DNA of 64,000 bases, from positions 116,870,001 to 116,934,000 of the forward strand of contig NC_042997.1 in the NCBI RefSeq assembly GCF_006345805.1, given 5' to 3'. Below are positions 13,483 through 26,097 of the stretch, piece by piece. Origin of the DNA: Octopus sinensis (lineage: Eukaryota). The position numbers were made by a program, and so were the translations under genes. How positions within the stretch are numbered: position 1 is the first letter of the stretch; every line of letters begins with the position of its first letter. A model generated the notes under the pieces. That model ran no database searches. It had not been told where the DNA came from and was given only the letters and a program-made list of their open reading frames with translations.

Positions 13483-14816
13483 TATGAAAGCGAAATTGTT
13501 TGTAGTACTTCTACTTTACATAACACTTTATAAAGAGCGAGATTTTCAAGTTCTGCGTCGGTCAGTAAGAGTCTTGTAATACCTACATTATTTGTTTCAG
13601 AACTGGTTTAAAAATGTGTAACTCATTTTCAAAGATGGACGAATCAACAGAAACATATAAATACTGAGCATAGTGTTAATACACCTGCATCTTGCATCTT
13701 AACTTGTTTGTATCAAGCACTCTACATTCTGTATAATGCTGTCAGTGAACATGTAAATATTCTTTTATGGTTTTGCTAAAAGAGGAAGGGTAGTGACAAT
13801 AAACCTTTCCAGGGACTCTAAATATCACATTTAATGGATTGTTGGTGCATAGCCTCAAGTCGGTCCTGATCGGAAAAACCAATGATTGAAGTAATTTATG
13901 CAATGACCATTACAACTTTTACCAGTCACGGTGTACTCTAAATCACATTATCTAATGTGTCAGTATTTAAAAAGTTTTGAGTGTGATTTGAGAAGAATTA
14001 GCAGTTCGTTTTAGCAGGTTGAGTGATGATATAGATTCATTCTCAATGGATCATGAAACGCATTAAAATTTCGACCTATGATCAGGCGGTTCAAATAGTG
14101 AATTTCTTTAAAAACACCCGGGAGCCTACATGCATGTAGACTATGAAATATTTTGATTTTCTTTATGCTGAAATTAGGACACATTGGAACATGGTTAGTG
14201 ATGTTAATCGGATTATCTTAGCAGCTTAATAAATGTATTAGGAATGTGTTTTATATGTTAAATTTTGATTTTAAATGTTAAAAGTTGATTTTATTTCAGC
14301 ATCAAATTTTATAGAGATTGAAATACTGTTTTTGGCCGTGAATGTTTTCGCTTCATAATTTTCATTATTAGACGAGTTGATGTAAAGTGCTGCTAGATTT
14401 CATTATTTAAATCGATATTTTAACTGGCATAAAGATCAAGATAAGAGTTAACCTTTCCAAAAGCTGATTCTATTTTCACCAACGAATACTTTACACTTGA
14501 ATTAGCAGTCATTTCTTAATCTAGATTTAATTACCATCAGCAAATTCACTAACGACTTTGGAATAACAAGGGATATCGAAGTATTTAACCGTATTTATTT
14601 AAATTTAAAAAAGAAAAAGCTGTTTGGAACAAAGGCAAGTAGAAACCTCAAAAAACCCGCAACATGTGATTTCAAACTAATATGTTTCAATACAGGTATT
14701 ACAGAAAAACGGATCTGCTGTATGGGGGACTTAACATTACAACTAGTACAAAATGACACGGACCAAGAGAAGTAATTACAACTTTGAGATTTTCTAGTCT
14801 CATGCTAATGAGTATA

Positions 14817-15342
14817 CAGTCAACTCTCGACGATTGCGGGTATTACGTTCCAAAACCTCCCGCGATTGGTGAAAATCTACAGAGTAGATACAGGATTGTA
14901 TTGTATATATTTTTTTATCATTTTTATAATTATATATATTTATTTTATTATAAATGCAAAACAATACCACACATTCGCCTCCCGACTTTCGTTTCCCATA
15001 CAGTATGTGCGATTCTTTGTTCACTCATCAGCAGTACAGTACGTATTTTCTTTTAATATATTTTAATTAATGTGTTATACGGTACAGTACTGTACTCTAT
15101 TTTTATTTATTGATTTATCAATTTTTTTAGCGTGAAAATGCTTATTTTACCACAGAAATAATTAAAATCTAAGATAATATAAATACCTATCAGCTGCAGA
15201 AACCCGCGATATACTGAAGAGTCCAGGATATATATTTACATATATTAACCAGAAAAGTCTTCAATGTGCTGAGTGCGCGATAGTTGAACCGCGATGTACT
15301 CAGTGCGCGATAGATGAATCGCGATAGGGCGAGGGATTACTA
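14817..15342. mobile_element. pogo/Tigger-like MITE
   Basis: Imperfect TIRs cagtcaactctcgacgattgcg / cgcgatagggcgagggattacta with TA flanks and subterminal cgcgat repeats. Confidence 0.7.
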
Positions 15343-16083
15343 TATTTAGATTAGCTGTTTCCCTAATGAGGATAACTGTAAATGGTATCTGATAAGACCT
15401 GCTTCAAATATTAGATAAATAAAAACTATATATTTACGAAACCATAAAATGCTGGTCTTTTACTAATTAAATTTATTATTTTTCTTTTGTCTTTTCAGGT
15501 GAGATATATTTTCTATTATGAATCAGAAGAATGCCTTTTTGTGCAGTGTGCAAAATATAAAACCAAGTGTTGCGCTTAAGTATATACTGTGATTTCTAAA
15601 TTAATTTGAAACATGTGTCTTAAAAAACAAATATTTGTTGATATTTTGATCATTGAAAAAAGAGACGTTGACCCTTATAAATTTACTATTGTATTTAAAT
15701 AATAATGTATTTATGATTACAATTTCTTATTGTCTGACTGTGTATATTATTGAAGATACTTTATATTCTCTGGATCTAAGAACTGCCTATAAATTATTAG
15801 AACATAAAACATTTCAAAAGAATTGTTTGTTGTGAACTAGAACCATTTTAATTAGTCATATTTAACAGGTATATCAACGATCTTTGTGATAATTTCACTC
15901 GGCTATCAGAATGAGCACAATTCCTTTCAGAAAGTAAAATAATTGCGCGTTCGCGCGCGCGCACACACACACACACGCACACACACACACACACAAATCA
16001 AGCAAAACACTTTGTGGTAAATCCGTCATACCAAATTAACTCAGATAATGTAAATGTAATTATGTAAACATATACAAATCATT

Positions 16084-16237
16084 TTTTTACATTATTTACA
16101 TTTGAAGGATATTTGTCCTCATCTTGTTTGTTGTTAACACAACGTTTCGGCTGATATAACCTCCGAATATCTGTCAAATGTAAATAATGTAAAAAGAAAT
16201 GTACATAATTCCTCATCTCTTAAATATAGAACTGTAG
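16084..16237 (-). mobile_element. Truncated second copy of the 5133-5444 element, also fold-back, with 13-bp TSD
   Basis: TSD tatacaaatcatt at 16071-16083 and 16238-16250. Shares aacacaacgtttcggctgata and the tail aattcctcatctcttaaatatagaactg. Only the 3' half of the hammerhead is retained. Confidence 0.85.
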
Positions 16238-17229
16238 TATACAAATCATTCTATAAAAGTTTATTTGGATAAGTTCGTTCATTTTTGAATAATTAGTAAA
16301 GATTACTAGTCTCTATATACACCTGTTAATTAATATCGTTAAGAACTACTGATACATACTGCTATAGACATCTGGCTATGTTAAGCACCATAAAATTGAA
16401 TTTATAATTGAAATATTCAGTGTAAAAACATTATTATCAGAAAAGTCCAGTTAATTGATTGAAATCAATTTCTTTATTTTCAGTAATATTCTTTTGATAA
16501 CTCTTTACGTGAGCTGAATCCAAGATCCGGTTTCACTTCTCTGTTAAAGTAGTAACACTTTAAGAATTATGAAAGTTATATTCTTTCAGTTTATAGTAGT
16601 TATAGTGTAAGGATTAAATAAGGGTTCAGTTTTTAGTTGATTTTTGTATATCAAACTATTTTCTTCTCATTGAATTCATTGAGCGGTGGGGATGAGTGAA
16701 AATATTGTATATAGAGATGCAATGTACCTCTTTTGTCTGTGATATGAAGATTTAAACATTTTACAATTATCTGAAAATATATTCATATACCCAAATATAT
16801 TCATATATATTTCCAATATATTATATTTCTAAATATATCAGTTTATTTCACAAAATCTTTGAAGTTTTATTTAGAGATGTTCCTGATAATTGTACAAAAT
16901 CAAGGTGAACTAATACGGTTGGAATTCTGCAGAAACTGTTTGTTTTCCAAGAGACTAAGCAATGACAATAGATAAAGTATTTATTAAAATCACTATTTAT
17001 TTATTCATAGATATTTATGCAGTATAGCTTACCAATTATTTATTCCGTTTGAATAGGTTTTACAGTTACAACTGTCTGCATTGTTCAGTCTGTTGTTCAA
17101 TTGCTTCTATTCTCGTTATGAATCTTTATTTTTTTTTATAAGTTCTCCGGGGAATAAGGAGAATGTTCATGGATTTTGCTGTTCATTCAAGATTGGTGTG
17201 ATTAACACAACACATACCCAGCCTGAACA

Positions 17230-17400
17230 ACTTTAGCTCTTTAACTTTAGAAAAGCGCAGTAAGTCTGATAACACAGGAACCATTTTCATAATGGAATTC
17301 GGGTTTCGACTCTTAACCATCATCTTCTGTAGTGTTATGACAATTTATAAGAAAAAATATTTCAATCAACGTAACTTCCATCAGAAATGTATTTGCCAAT
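17230..17400 (-). pseudogene. LRR-like relic (putative TLR ectodomain)
   Basis: Minus-strand ANTFLMEVTLIEIFFLINCH and DLLRFSKVKELKLFRLG loosely fit LxxLxLxxN/C periodicity. Confidence 0.3.
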
Positions 17401-17414
17401 AACAGAAAGATGTA

Positions 17415-17683
17415 GTTGGTTAGCAAGCTACTTTCTACACAGCCACTCCTACGCCTACATGTAATAAAATATATGAAATTTGAAAATAAGCATGTAAAAC
17501 TAATAAAATAACCTTCATTAAAAAGAAGTAACATATTTCATAATATTTCGTTACTAAGTTCCAGAAAACAGTTTATGGGAAAGATAAAGATTTGCATACA
17601 ATGCTACGCAATTCCTAACCAAATACCCTTGCTCTCTGTTGTTTTTATAGTGTTTATTGCCCTGAACAATGCTAAAATTCAAA
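17415..17683. repeat. Local duplication, copy 1 (copy 2 at 23261-23964)
   Basis: Near-identical ~270 bp including a SINE-head/unique-DNA junction. Confidence 0.9.
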
Positions 17684-18289
17684 ATTTTTAGGAAACAAAT
17701 GTTAAAATACCGGTAGTGTAAGTGTATCAATGTATGTGCTGCGCTTTGAGACGATGGTATTACATATGATCACCATGATTAGCAACTGAATAATTAAGCA
17801 TGAATGCTGTTTTATAACAAACTGTACTATGTATACTTTCATTGAATAGGATAGTTTCACTTCTGGCTGAAATCGAACAATTCTCCTCCAGATTTGTACA
17901 TAGGCATATAAGTGGGTATGTGATTAAGAAGATTGTTTGCGACTATGTGGTCCTGGGGTCCATATCACTAAGAATTACTTATGAAAAATATCTTATACCA
18001 TAGCCCTGCGTCGAACTTGTGGATGAAATTTGGTTCACAGAAAATGTACTAAAGCTCGTATTATGTACGTAAGTACACACACACACGTATGTATACACAT
18101 GCACACATATATGTATACACACACACTTAACCCGCAGTTTAGCAGATATATAGCTTGCGTGTGTGTGTGTGTGTGTGTGTATGTGTGTGTGTGTATTTGT
18201 TGTATGTATATATGGTAGTTGGTGAAATGTTTGGTAGTGCCCATCTCGCCAAGCGTTATTGTTAAATCAATAAATAGCACTCTGGATCA

Positions 18290-20100
18290 GCTGAAGAGAA
18301 AAGTGGTTCTTTCCTCACAGTGAAGAGAGGAGCCACTAACAGAAAATAGTGAGACTATTGCAAAGAACTACGTTTCATCGTAAACTCAGTCATCACACGA
18401 ATATCCTACAAAATGCCGTCAATAACATCATAGAAATGAGGAATTTTGCAATATTCCAGCTGGAATTCGAAGGAGCAGTTCATGCCGAAAGGAGGAAAAT
18501 TACCAAAAGTGGCCAATTTTTTAGGAGCGTTGTTGAAAAATGAGCTGTGAGAAATTCATGGAGTTATTGATATCCCGCCGGAAGAGGATGAAGGAAAGAA
18601 AAATAGTGGTCGGAAGAATTAACCCAAATTTTGAGGATAGCACTTCCCTAGAAAAGCAACTTAGAATTTTGTCAGAACTCAGTACTATCAATTTCATCAA
18701 TGATTCCATTAAAGTGTTAAGACTGAGACGAAAAGGAATGCATCAGAATAGATACTTAACATCATATTACTGTTTAAGAAACATTTACAGCATCCATGAG
18801 AAATCTATCACAGTCTCACTGACTTTAAAATAGTATCTGATCGTATTTGGCATGATAGTTTAAAGCAATGTGATGAGGGATTTTAACTTTCAGAACAACG
18901 CCATCCACCTGATTCAAACACTGAACAAGGATTCAAATGGCAATAACAACCTCGGAGATTTTTCCAGAAAAACAGTCGGAATCGACTCAAAATGAGACGA
19001 TTTGTCGCGGTTGTTTGGACGCTAAGGAATTGACACGTTTCATTGGACATGCATCCTGTTTTGGTGACTGTAATTTTGGTACTGGAAACAAACACACACA
19101 CACATCGCACTTACAAGCGCATGCAGAGATATACACATATAAATAAAGAGGGTGAGACAAAGAGATATTGCCCATACATACAAACATAACTCATACATAT
19201 AAAGAAAGATAGAGCGATAGGGAAGGAAAGAACGAGAGAAACGTTAAAATGTCTAATGTCAAAACAGCTTTGTCAAAACTGTAGTGCATAAACATCTCAT
19301 ACCTGGGTTTGTTTAGGCAGTCAGTTATCCCTGTACTTTGCAAAATCTTTCTAGAAACTATCATACAAATAACACAATGTGACTTTCACATTTCCATTTC
19401 CAGCAAATAACGGACCACTTGCAAACTACCTTTTAATGACGATATCGACCTTATGAGAGGCAGCAAAGCAGAACTCCAGGAACTCATTAGCAGACGGAAA
19501 ATAGCATCAGAAACGCAAGGAGTGGTGGTCATTTCAGAAATTAGCAACATTTTCTTGATAGCCAACGTGATGATGAAAGAACAAGCGTACTATGAAGTGG
19601 ATAACTGCAACTGCCACGGATCTAATTTGTGCGAGAACGGCAACTCAATAAGTGAGATAAAAGCAGAACTAGATCTGGCCTCGTCTTTATGGCGAAGAGG
19701 AATGTCATATGGAAAATCAGTTCCATCAGTGTTCCCCTGAAGTGAAACCGTTCGAGGTCTTTGTGATTTTGATCTTTCTGTACAGGCGTGAAAGTGGGAT
19801 ACTTATAATCGACACTGAAGCGTTCATGCATTCAAACACAACATTTCTAGATAGCTGTTTTGTATCCGGCACACTGAACACAAGACAAAAATCTTTATCA
19901 CGAATCAAATCACCAAACATTCTGGCACGCCGAGACCACTTATGGCTACAGTGAAACACCAAGAGCGCTCTTGGTAAGGACATGAATACCGCGACGACTC
20001 TCTCTTTCCGAGATCATTTTCCAGGGCACAGTTAACTGGGATCGAAGATCAGACAGAATTTATAAATTCTGGGACTGACTGCACGGAATTAGACTACCAA
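18290..20100 (+). mobile_element. Decayed, interrupted RTE-clade LINE (RT domain)
   Basis: *DYCKEL (~18350), KHLQHP*EIYHSLTDFKIVSDRIWHD (~18780-18855; FxDFxKAFDxVxH-like), and DDIDLMRGSKAELQELI (~19440; FADD motif region). Confidence 0.75.
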
Positions 20101-20822
20101 AGGGAACAAATCGTATTGGTGTCGATAAAACAATACTAGTAATGTATTCGGGTTAATTTAATCAATTTTACTTACAACACCCTTGCAAATTCAAACTGGT
20201 GGCTGTTATTATTTTGTTGAAATCTTAAGACGGCAAGTAAGAGAATCGTTAGAATTTTGGAAAAATACCTTTCGGTATGTGTCAATTCTTTGTTAAGTTC
20301 AAATATCACCGATGTCAACTTTTATTTTCATCCCCCACTAAATTAAATAAAACTACGAATCAAGAATTCAGGTCGATGATATCAACTAACGCCCGGCCCT
20401 CAACATTGCTGGCCTTGTGGCCAAATGAAGAAAATTGCTCTATTATAATTTACAAAAATCGTTTTAGTATACCTATTCACTGCCTTATGCTGATTTCAAC
20501 CAATGTAGTGCAGACGTAATGGAGCATCACTTTAAGGGTTTTATCGATCATAATACTTACTTCAGTCAGACATTTATTTTTATCGATTTCTATGGTGTGA
20601 TGATAAATATATACCAGAGATGATGTTGGCAGTGACATATTTCTGTTGTTGAAGTGAATGGCGATAGACGTTTCTATAAACAATCGAATTTCGAACATTG
20701 TTGGGGTACCAGATGATAATGATGGTGATGATGTTAAGAATGAGGATTATTATTGATGGTGACTACGACCTGGTTAGTCAGACTATTGTTGTTTCGGCTG
20801 GTATATTTACATCTGTTACCGA

Positions 20823-20867
<45 letters not shown>

Positions 20868-22300
20868 GCTTAAAACGCACACACACGTTATGATGTATTA
20901 ATACTATTTTGTAGTCCGTTTAGGATGTTGTTTGATAAATCTATGAAGAGGGATCTATGCGGTCGCTTGACGTCTCAGAAAACGACAGCCAAATATTCCT
21001 TAAATCACACATTTTTATTTTTAAAAATATGAATCATGTATTTTTAAATATCACCGAAAGAACGGGATTATCCCGGATGAGAAATCTTTGCTTGTTGGTC
21101 TATTTGATCAGTGAGGGCTGGAGATGGACATTAGACAGTAAGTAATGATGATCTGTCAATGGATTTGCTTGAAATAGCTACCAAGTCTCTAAAATCATTT
21201 GGCAACGTCTTAAAACGAGTAGGATTTATCAAATTATGTAGTTTTAGATATTCCGAAGTAGTTGGGATGGACACATCTGTAAAGAACTACAATAAATTGA
21301 GGCTGTATTAACAATAAAATATTTGGAAACAAACAAACTTTGAGAAAGATTATTACAAAGATAAAGTCCATACTGGACTAATATGTCTGTTGCTTTTGTT
21401 TTTTACATTTTCTTTATAAAGTTTATTAAAGCATCATCAAAAACCCATGCAAAAAAGATTTCCCCTGATATTGTCAGGCAGCATAAAGTAAGAAAAATCA
21501 TCCTTCGTCATACTTGTATTGTTATCTTAAATCTGAAAACATATGTAGCATCTCACTCATCGATTATCCCGTCACTTATGGTTCATGGACGTAATTCTCT
21601 TTTCACTTACAAAGAAATAACTTAAATGAATTAGTTCGTAGTGAGAACGTAGTTTTCGTTTTCAAGCTGATAAGGCAACACCTGTTTGTTATGATTACAC
21701 TATTTCTACACAAATACACATAAATAAACGGTGCAATACACAAATTAACACAAACAGATAAGAAAACGATATATTGTAATATCTAGCTAGCATCAGTATT
21801 AATAAAACAAAAATTATATTAATTGATAGTTCGCAAAATACAATAAAAAAGATGGAAAACAATTATTCTTTTTTTCTTTTAACAATTCTTTTACGCGTAT
21901 ACTGTTAATAGCTAAAACAAACAAAAAGATATTTATAAAAAGAAAAGAATAAGATAGTCAGCCGGTGAATATACATAGATCTTTACCGAATAATGAAAGA
22001 ACTATTTAAAACAGGTCGGACAAGAAAGCAGTTCAAAGGGAAAAACAACTACTTCAATGAAATGAGGTTAGCAACAAAGTAATATAAATGTAAGAAGGCT
22101 TACAGTTAAAAGGAATAGAGAAAAACATAGAAGGCTACACTGCAATACTAATTGTAAATGATTGGGATAATAAAAGATCAATACTTATATAATTAATTCT
22201 TACATAAGTATAAAGCTGGTAATAGGAAGGTGCGGCTATCATACGTTTTCATAAAGGCTAAAGAAAAACTAATACTTATTACTTATTATGATAGCTTTAT

Positions 22301-22612
22301 GTGGAGGCGCAATGACCCAGTGGTTAGGGCAGCGGACTCGTGGTCGTAGGATCGCGGTTTCGATTTCCAGACCGGGCGTTGTGAGTGTTTATTGAGCGAA
22401 AACACCTAAAGCTTCACGAGGCTCCGGCAGGGGGTGGTGGCGATCCCTACTGTACTCTTTCGCCACAACTTTCTCTCACTCTTTCTTCTGTCAGTCTGTT
22501 CGCTTGGCCAGCAGGGTGGCGTCACTTGATGACTAAAACAATGCGAAGCGCATTGTGACCAGCGATGTGTAGCAACATCTGATAGCCTGGTCAGTTACGT
22601 GACTATCACGTG
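22301..22612 (+). mobile_element. SINE family C, full length, 13-bp TSD
   Basis: tRNA-like head ggcgcaatgacccagtggttagggcagcggactcg..gtttcgattt. TSD atgatagctttat at 22288-22300 and 22613-22625. Confidence 0.9.
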
Positions 22613-22921
22613 ATGATAGCTTTATACAGAGAAATGAGTAGAGCGCCGCGTAAAATGTCATACTGCATTTAGTTAAATCTTTTTAGGTCTTGGGTTCAAA
22701 TATCACTAAGACCAGCTTATAATTTCATCCTTATAGGTTCAATAATATCTGACATCCTCTTGGGCCGATATGGTAAAAAAATTATTGATGGCGTAATTTT
22801 TTTAGTCCGGCGGGTCAAAATACTGAAAATCTTATTTGTATATGATAAATATACATGGATATTCTTTATCTAAATGCTTATAGGTAAACTTACAATTTTT
22901 CTAATATATACTAATTACACA

Positions 22922-23302
22922 TTTCAGTCATTTGACTGTGGCCATGGTGGAGCACCTCCTTTACTCGAGCAAATCGACCCCAGGACTTTATTCTTTGTAA
23001 GCCTAGTACTTATTCTATCGCTTTCTTTTGCCGAACCGCTAAGTTACGGGGACGTAAACACACCAGCATCAGTTGTCAAGCGATGTTGGTGGGGGGGACA
23101 AACACAGACACACAAAAATATACACACATACATATATACGACGGGCTTCTTTCAGTTTCCGTCTATCAGATCCACTCACAAGGCTTTGGTCGGCTGGATG
23201 CTATAGTAGAAGACACTTGCCCAAGTTGCCACGCAGTGGGACTGAACCCGGAACCATGTGGTTGGTAAGCAATCTACTTACCACACAGACACTCCTACGC
23301 CT
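22922..23302 (-). mobile_element. SINE family B (tRNA head, CORE-like segment, internal (TG)n)
   Basis: Matches the copies at 23501, 36920 and 37706. Confidence 0.9.
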
Positions 23303-23500
23303 ATATGTAATAAAATATATGAAATTGGAAAATAAGCATGTAAAACTAACAAGATAAACTTCATTAAAAAGAAGTTATATCATATTTCATAATATTTCGT
23401 TACTAAGTTCCAGAAAACAGTTTATGGGAAAGATAAAGCGTTGCATGCAATGCTACGCAATTCCTAACCAAATACCCTTGCTCTCTGTTGTTTTTATAAT

Positions 23501-23929
23501 CTCTTTTATCTCTTTTACTTCTTTCAGTCATTTGACTGTAGCCATGCTGAAGCACCACCTCCTTTAGTCGAACAAATCGACCCCAGGACTTATTCTTTGT
23601 AAGCCTAGTACTTATTCTATCGGTTTCTTTTGCTGAACCGCTAAGTTACGGGGACGTAAACACACCAGCATCGGTTGTCAAACGATGTTGGGCGAGGGGG
23701 AGGGGCAAACACAGACACACAAGCATACACACACACACACTCACACACACACATATATATATATATATACGATGGGCTTTTCAGTTTCTGTCTACCAAAT
23801 CCACTCACAAGGCTTTGGTCGGCTCGAGGCTATAGTAGAAGACACTTGCCCAAGGTGCCACGCTGTGGGACTGAACCCGGAACCATGTGGTTGGTAAGCA
23901 ATCTACTTACCACACAGCTACTCCTACGC
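23501..23929 (-). mobile_element. SINE family B, full length, inserted in duplication copy 2
   Basis: Complete head-to-tail match. The empty site is seen at 17645-17655. Confidence 0.9.
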
Positions 23930-23969
23930 TAATGTTTATTACCGTGAACAATGTTACATACAAATATAT

Positions 23970-24170
23970 TGGTTTCAAATTTTAGCACTAGGCCAGCAAT
24001 TTCCGGGGAGAGGGTAAATCAATCACATTGCTCTCAGTGCTCCACTGGTACTTACTTTATCGACGCTGAAAGGATGAAAGGCAAAGTTGACTACATAGAC
24101 GATAAAGTCGGAAGAAATTCTGCATAGCATCTTTTCCGGCGCCGTAACAATCCTGCTAGTTTGTCGCCTT
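23970..24170 (-). mobile_element. SINE family A, diverged
   Basis: actggtacttactttatcgacgctgaaaggatgaaaggcaaagttgac. Confidence 0.75.
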
Positions 24171-25115
24171 ACATGCTAATATATCGATGAGAAAATTAAG
24201 AGCGCTTTGACGAAAATTTCAAGATCAGCAAAATTTACAGAAATACAATTGTACACGCTGAGATCAAAGGCTGAACGACTATTCAAGATTATTTGAACGG
24301 GCTCAAGTTCAATTTATTCTAAGTCAGCTCGAAGTGTAATGAAATTCTGCATCCAAATAAGATTGAAGTGAAAGTCGTCTCGCTGCATTTCCAGATCTTT
24401 TAGATTCAACAACTTAAACAAATCTAATTTCTGGTCCGCAGATCTGCTTCATCGATATATTTTACAAGTTGCTTTCTCTACCTCTTTGACTTGTACGAAT
24501 ATACAGTTAAACGAAAGCTTTTCAGACACAGCCTTCAGTCCTTCATTATCTTATAAGTAGTTTTACTTACAGTGGGATCTTTAAAGTAGGTTTCTTCAAA
24601 AGCATTCTACAACCCGCGAAAGTACCTGGAACTCGTGATCGAGTCAAACATCAAATCAAAGAATTTCTTGAAACAAGAACAAGTTTGCTGAGTTAGATAA
24701 AAAAACGTTTTAGTAAGAAAAATCAAATCCTATGCAATCATGTATAAAAATAATGACTGGAGTTCATTTGAAAGTAAATTATATTCGTTTATGAAGCACC
24801 TTGGCAGATATGAAATTAATTCTTTAAGTGTTGCTTTTGTTATACTTCTTTATGTAAAATACAATATAAAGAAACAAAAGAATGGCCTACAACTTTTGTA
24901 CATTTCTGTTCGAAAACATTTTGTCTAAATGCACCATCCATCGTAACTGAAACTCCTTTTGAGAAATCGTATTTCTCTCACGAAATATTTTAGCTACATT
25001 ATCACATTTCTTTTCCTCGTGTGTTTTGAATTAACCAACTTTAACTTAAATCCATATGGATTTCTGTGAAAAACGTGGTGCGATAATCACTAATCGAGGT
25101 AAGGACGTTATATAT

Positions 25116-25347
25116 GAGGCGGCGAGCTGGCAGAAACGTTAGCACGCCGGGTGAAATGCTTTGCGGTATTTCGTCTGCCGTTACGTTCTGAGTTCAAATT
25201 CCGCATGGTCGATTTTGCCTTTCATCCTTTCGGGGTCGATTAAATAAGTACCAGTTACGCACTGGGGTCGATATAATCGATTTAATCCGTTTGTCTGTTC
25301 TTGTTTGTCCTCTCTGTGTTTAGCCCCTTGTGGGTACTAAAGAAATA
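25116..25347 (+). mobile_element. SINE family A, full length, 9-bp TSD
   Basis: ggcggcgagctggcagaa...gtgggtactaaagaaata, with gttatatat on both sides. Confidence 0.9.
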
Positions 25348-25865
25348 GTTATATATATGGTCTCAAGACCAAAAGAAAAAGCATCGCACATATTTAGGTG
25401 TTCTTGAATTCAGTTTTTGAACTCTGTCTTCCATATCATTTCATATGGTTAACTTTTTCACACGCTTTTTATGAAAGTTAGTAATGAAATATGCTCATTT
25501 ATGAGACGCTTCTGTATCAAACACGCTTTCACTTAAGGATCAACACTAGTATGTGAACTATTAAAACTTGCAGGGTATAAATGGGTGGACCTGTAAATAA
25601 ATTGAATAAGTCGTTCCGTAAAATAATTTGTTCGTTTTAGAAATGATGAGCCTGAGCGTTCCAAACTTATAATTTCATTATATATTGTTTCTTACACCGG
25701 TTTAATATTGGTGCCGATTTTCTAGTTATCGTTGGGAATTCTGAGGCAGACTTTACTTGAGGTACATTTTCTAAAACCTCTCCAATGCAGGTAGCTGGAT
25801 GAATCTGAAAATAACTGCCGAGACATATCTGAGTTATCGAAAGACAATTCTGTCCCGATCCAAAA

Positions 25866-26097
25866 TACCTATTTCTTTACTACCCACAAGGGGCTAAACA
25901 TAGAGGGGACAAACAAGGACAGACAGACGGATTAAGTCGATTATATCGACCCAGTGCGTAACTGGTACTTATTTAATCGACCCGGAAAGGATGAAAGACA
26001 AAGTCGACCTCGGTGGAATTTTGAACCCAGAACGTAGCGGCAGACGAAATACCGCTAAGCATTTCGCCCGTCGTGCTAACTTTTCTGCCAGCTCGCC
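25866..26097 (-). mobile_element. SINE family A, full length (inverted relative to 25116)
   Basis: Reverse complement of the 25116 copy. Confidence 0.9.

Noticed and set aside
20775-20823. Minus-strand cagccGAAAc..guc next to (TA)n
   Set aside because: Only the 3' half of a possible hammerhead; no CUGANGA or stem II partner.
22301-22380. tRNA gene candidate (also 5310-5382)
   Set aside because: It has A/B boxes but no proper acceptor stem, and it continues into a SINE body with a TSD.
22874-23932. Recurring ORFs such as RASFSFRLPNPLTRLWSARGYSRRHLPK
   Set aside because: These are translations of SINE family B, not a gene family.
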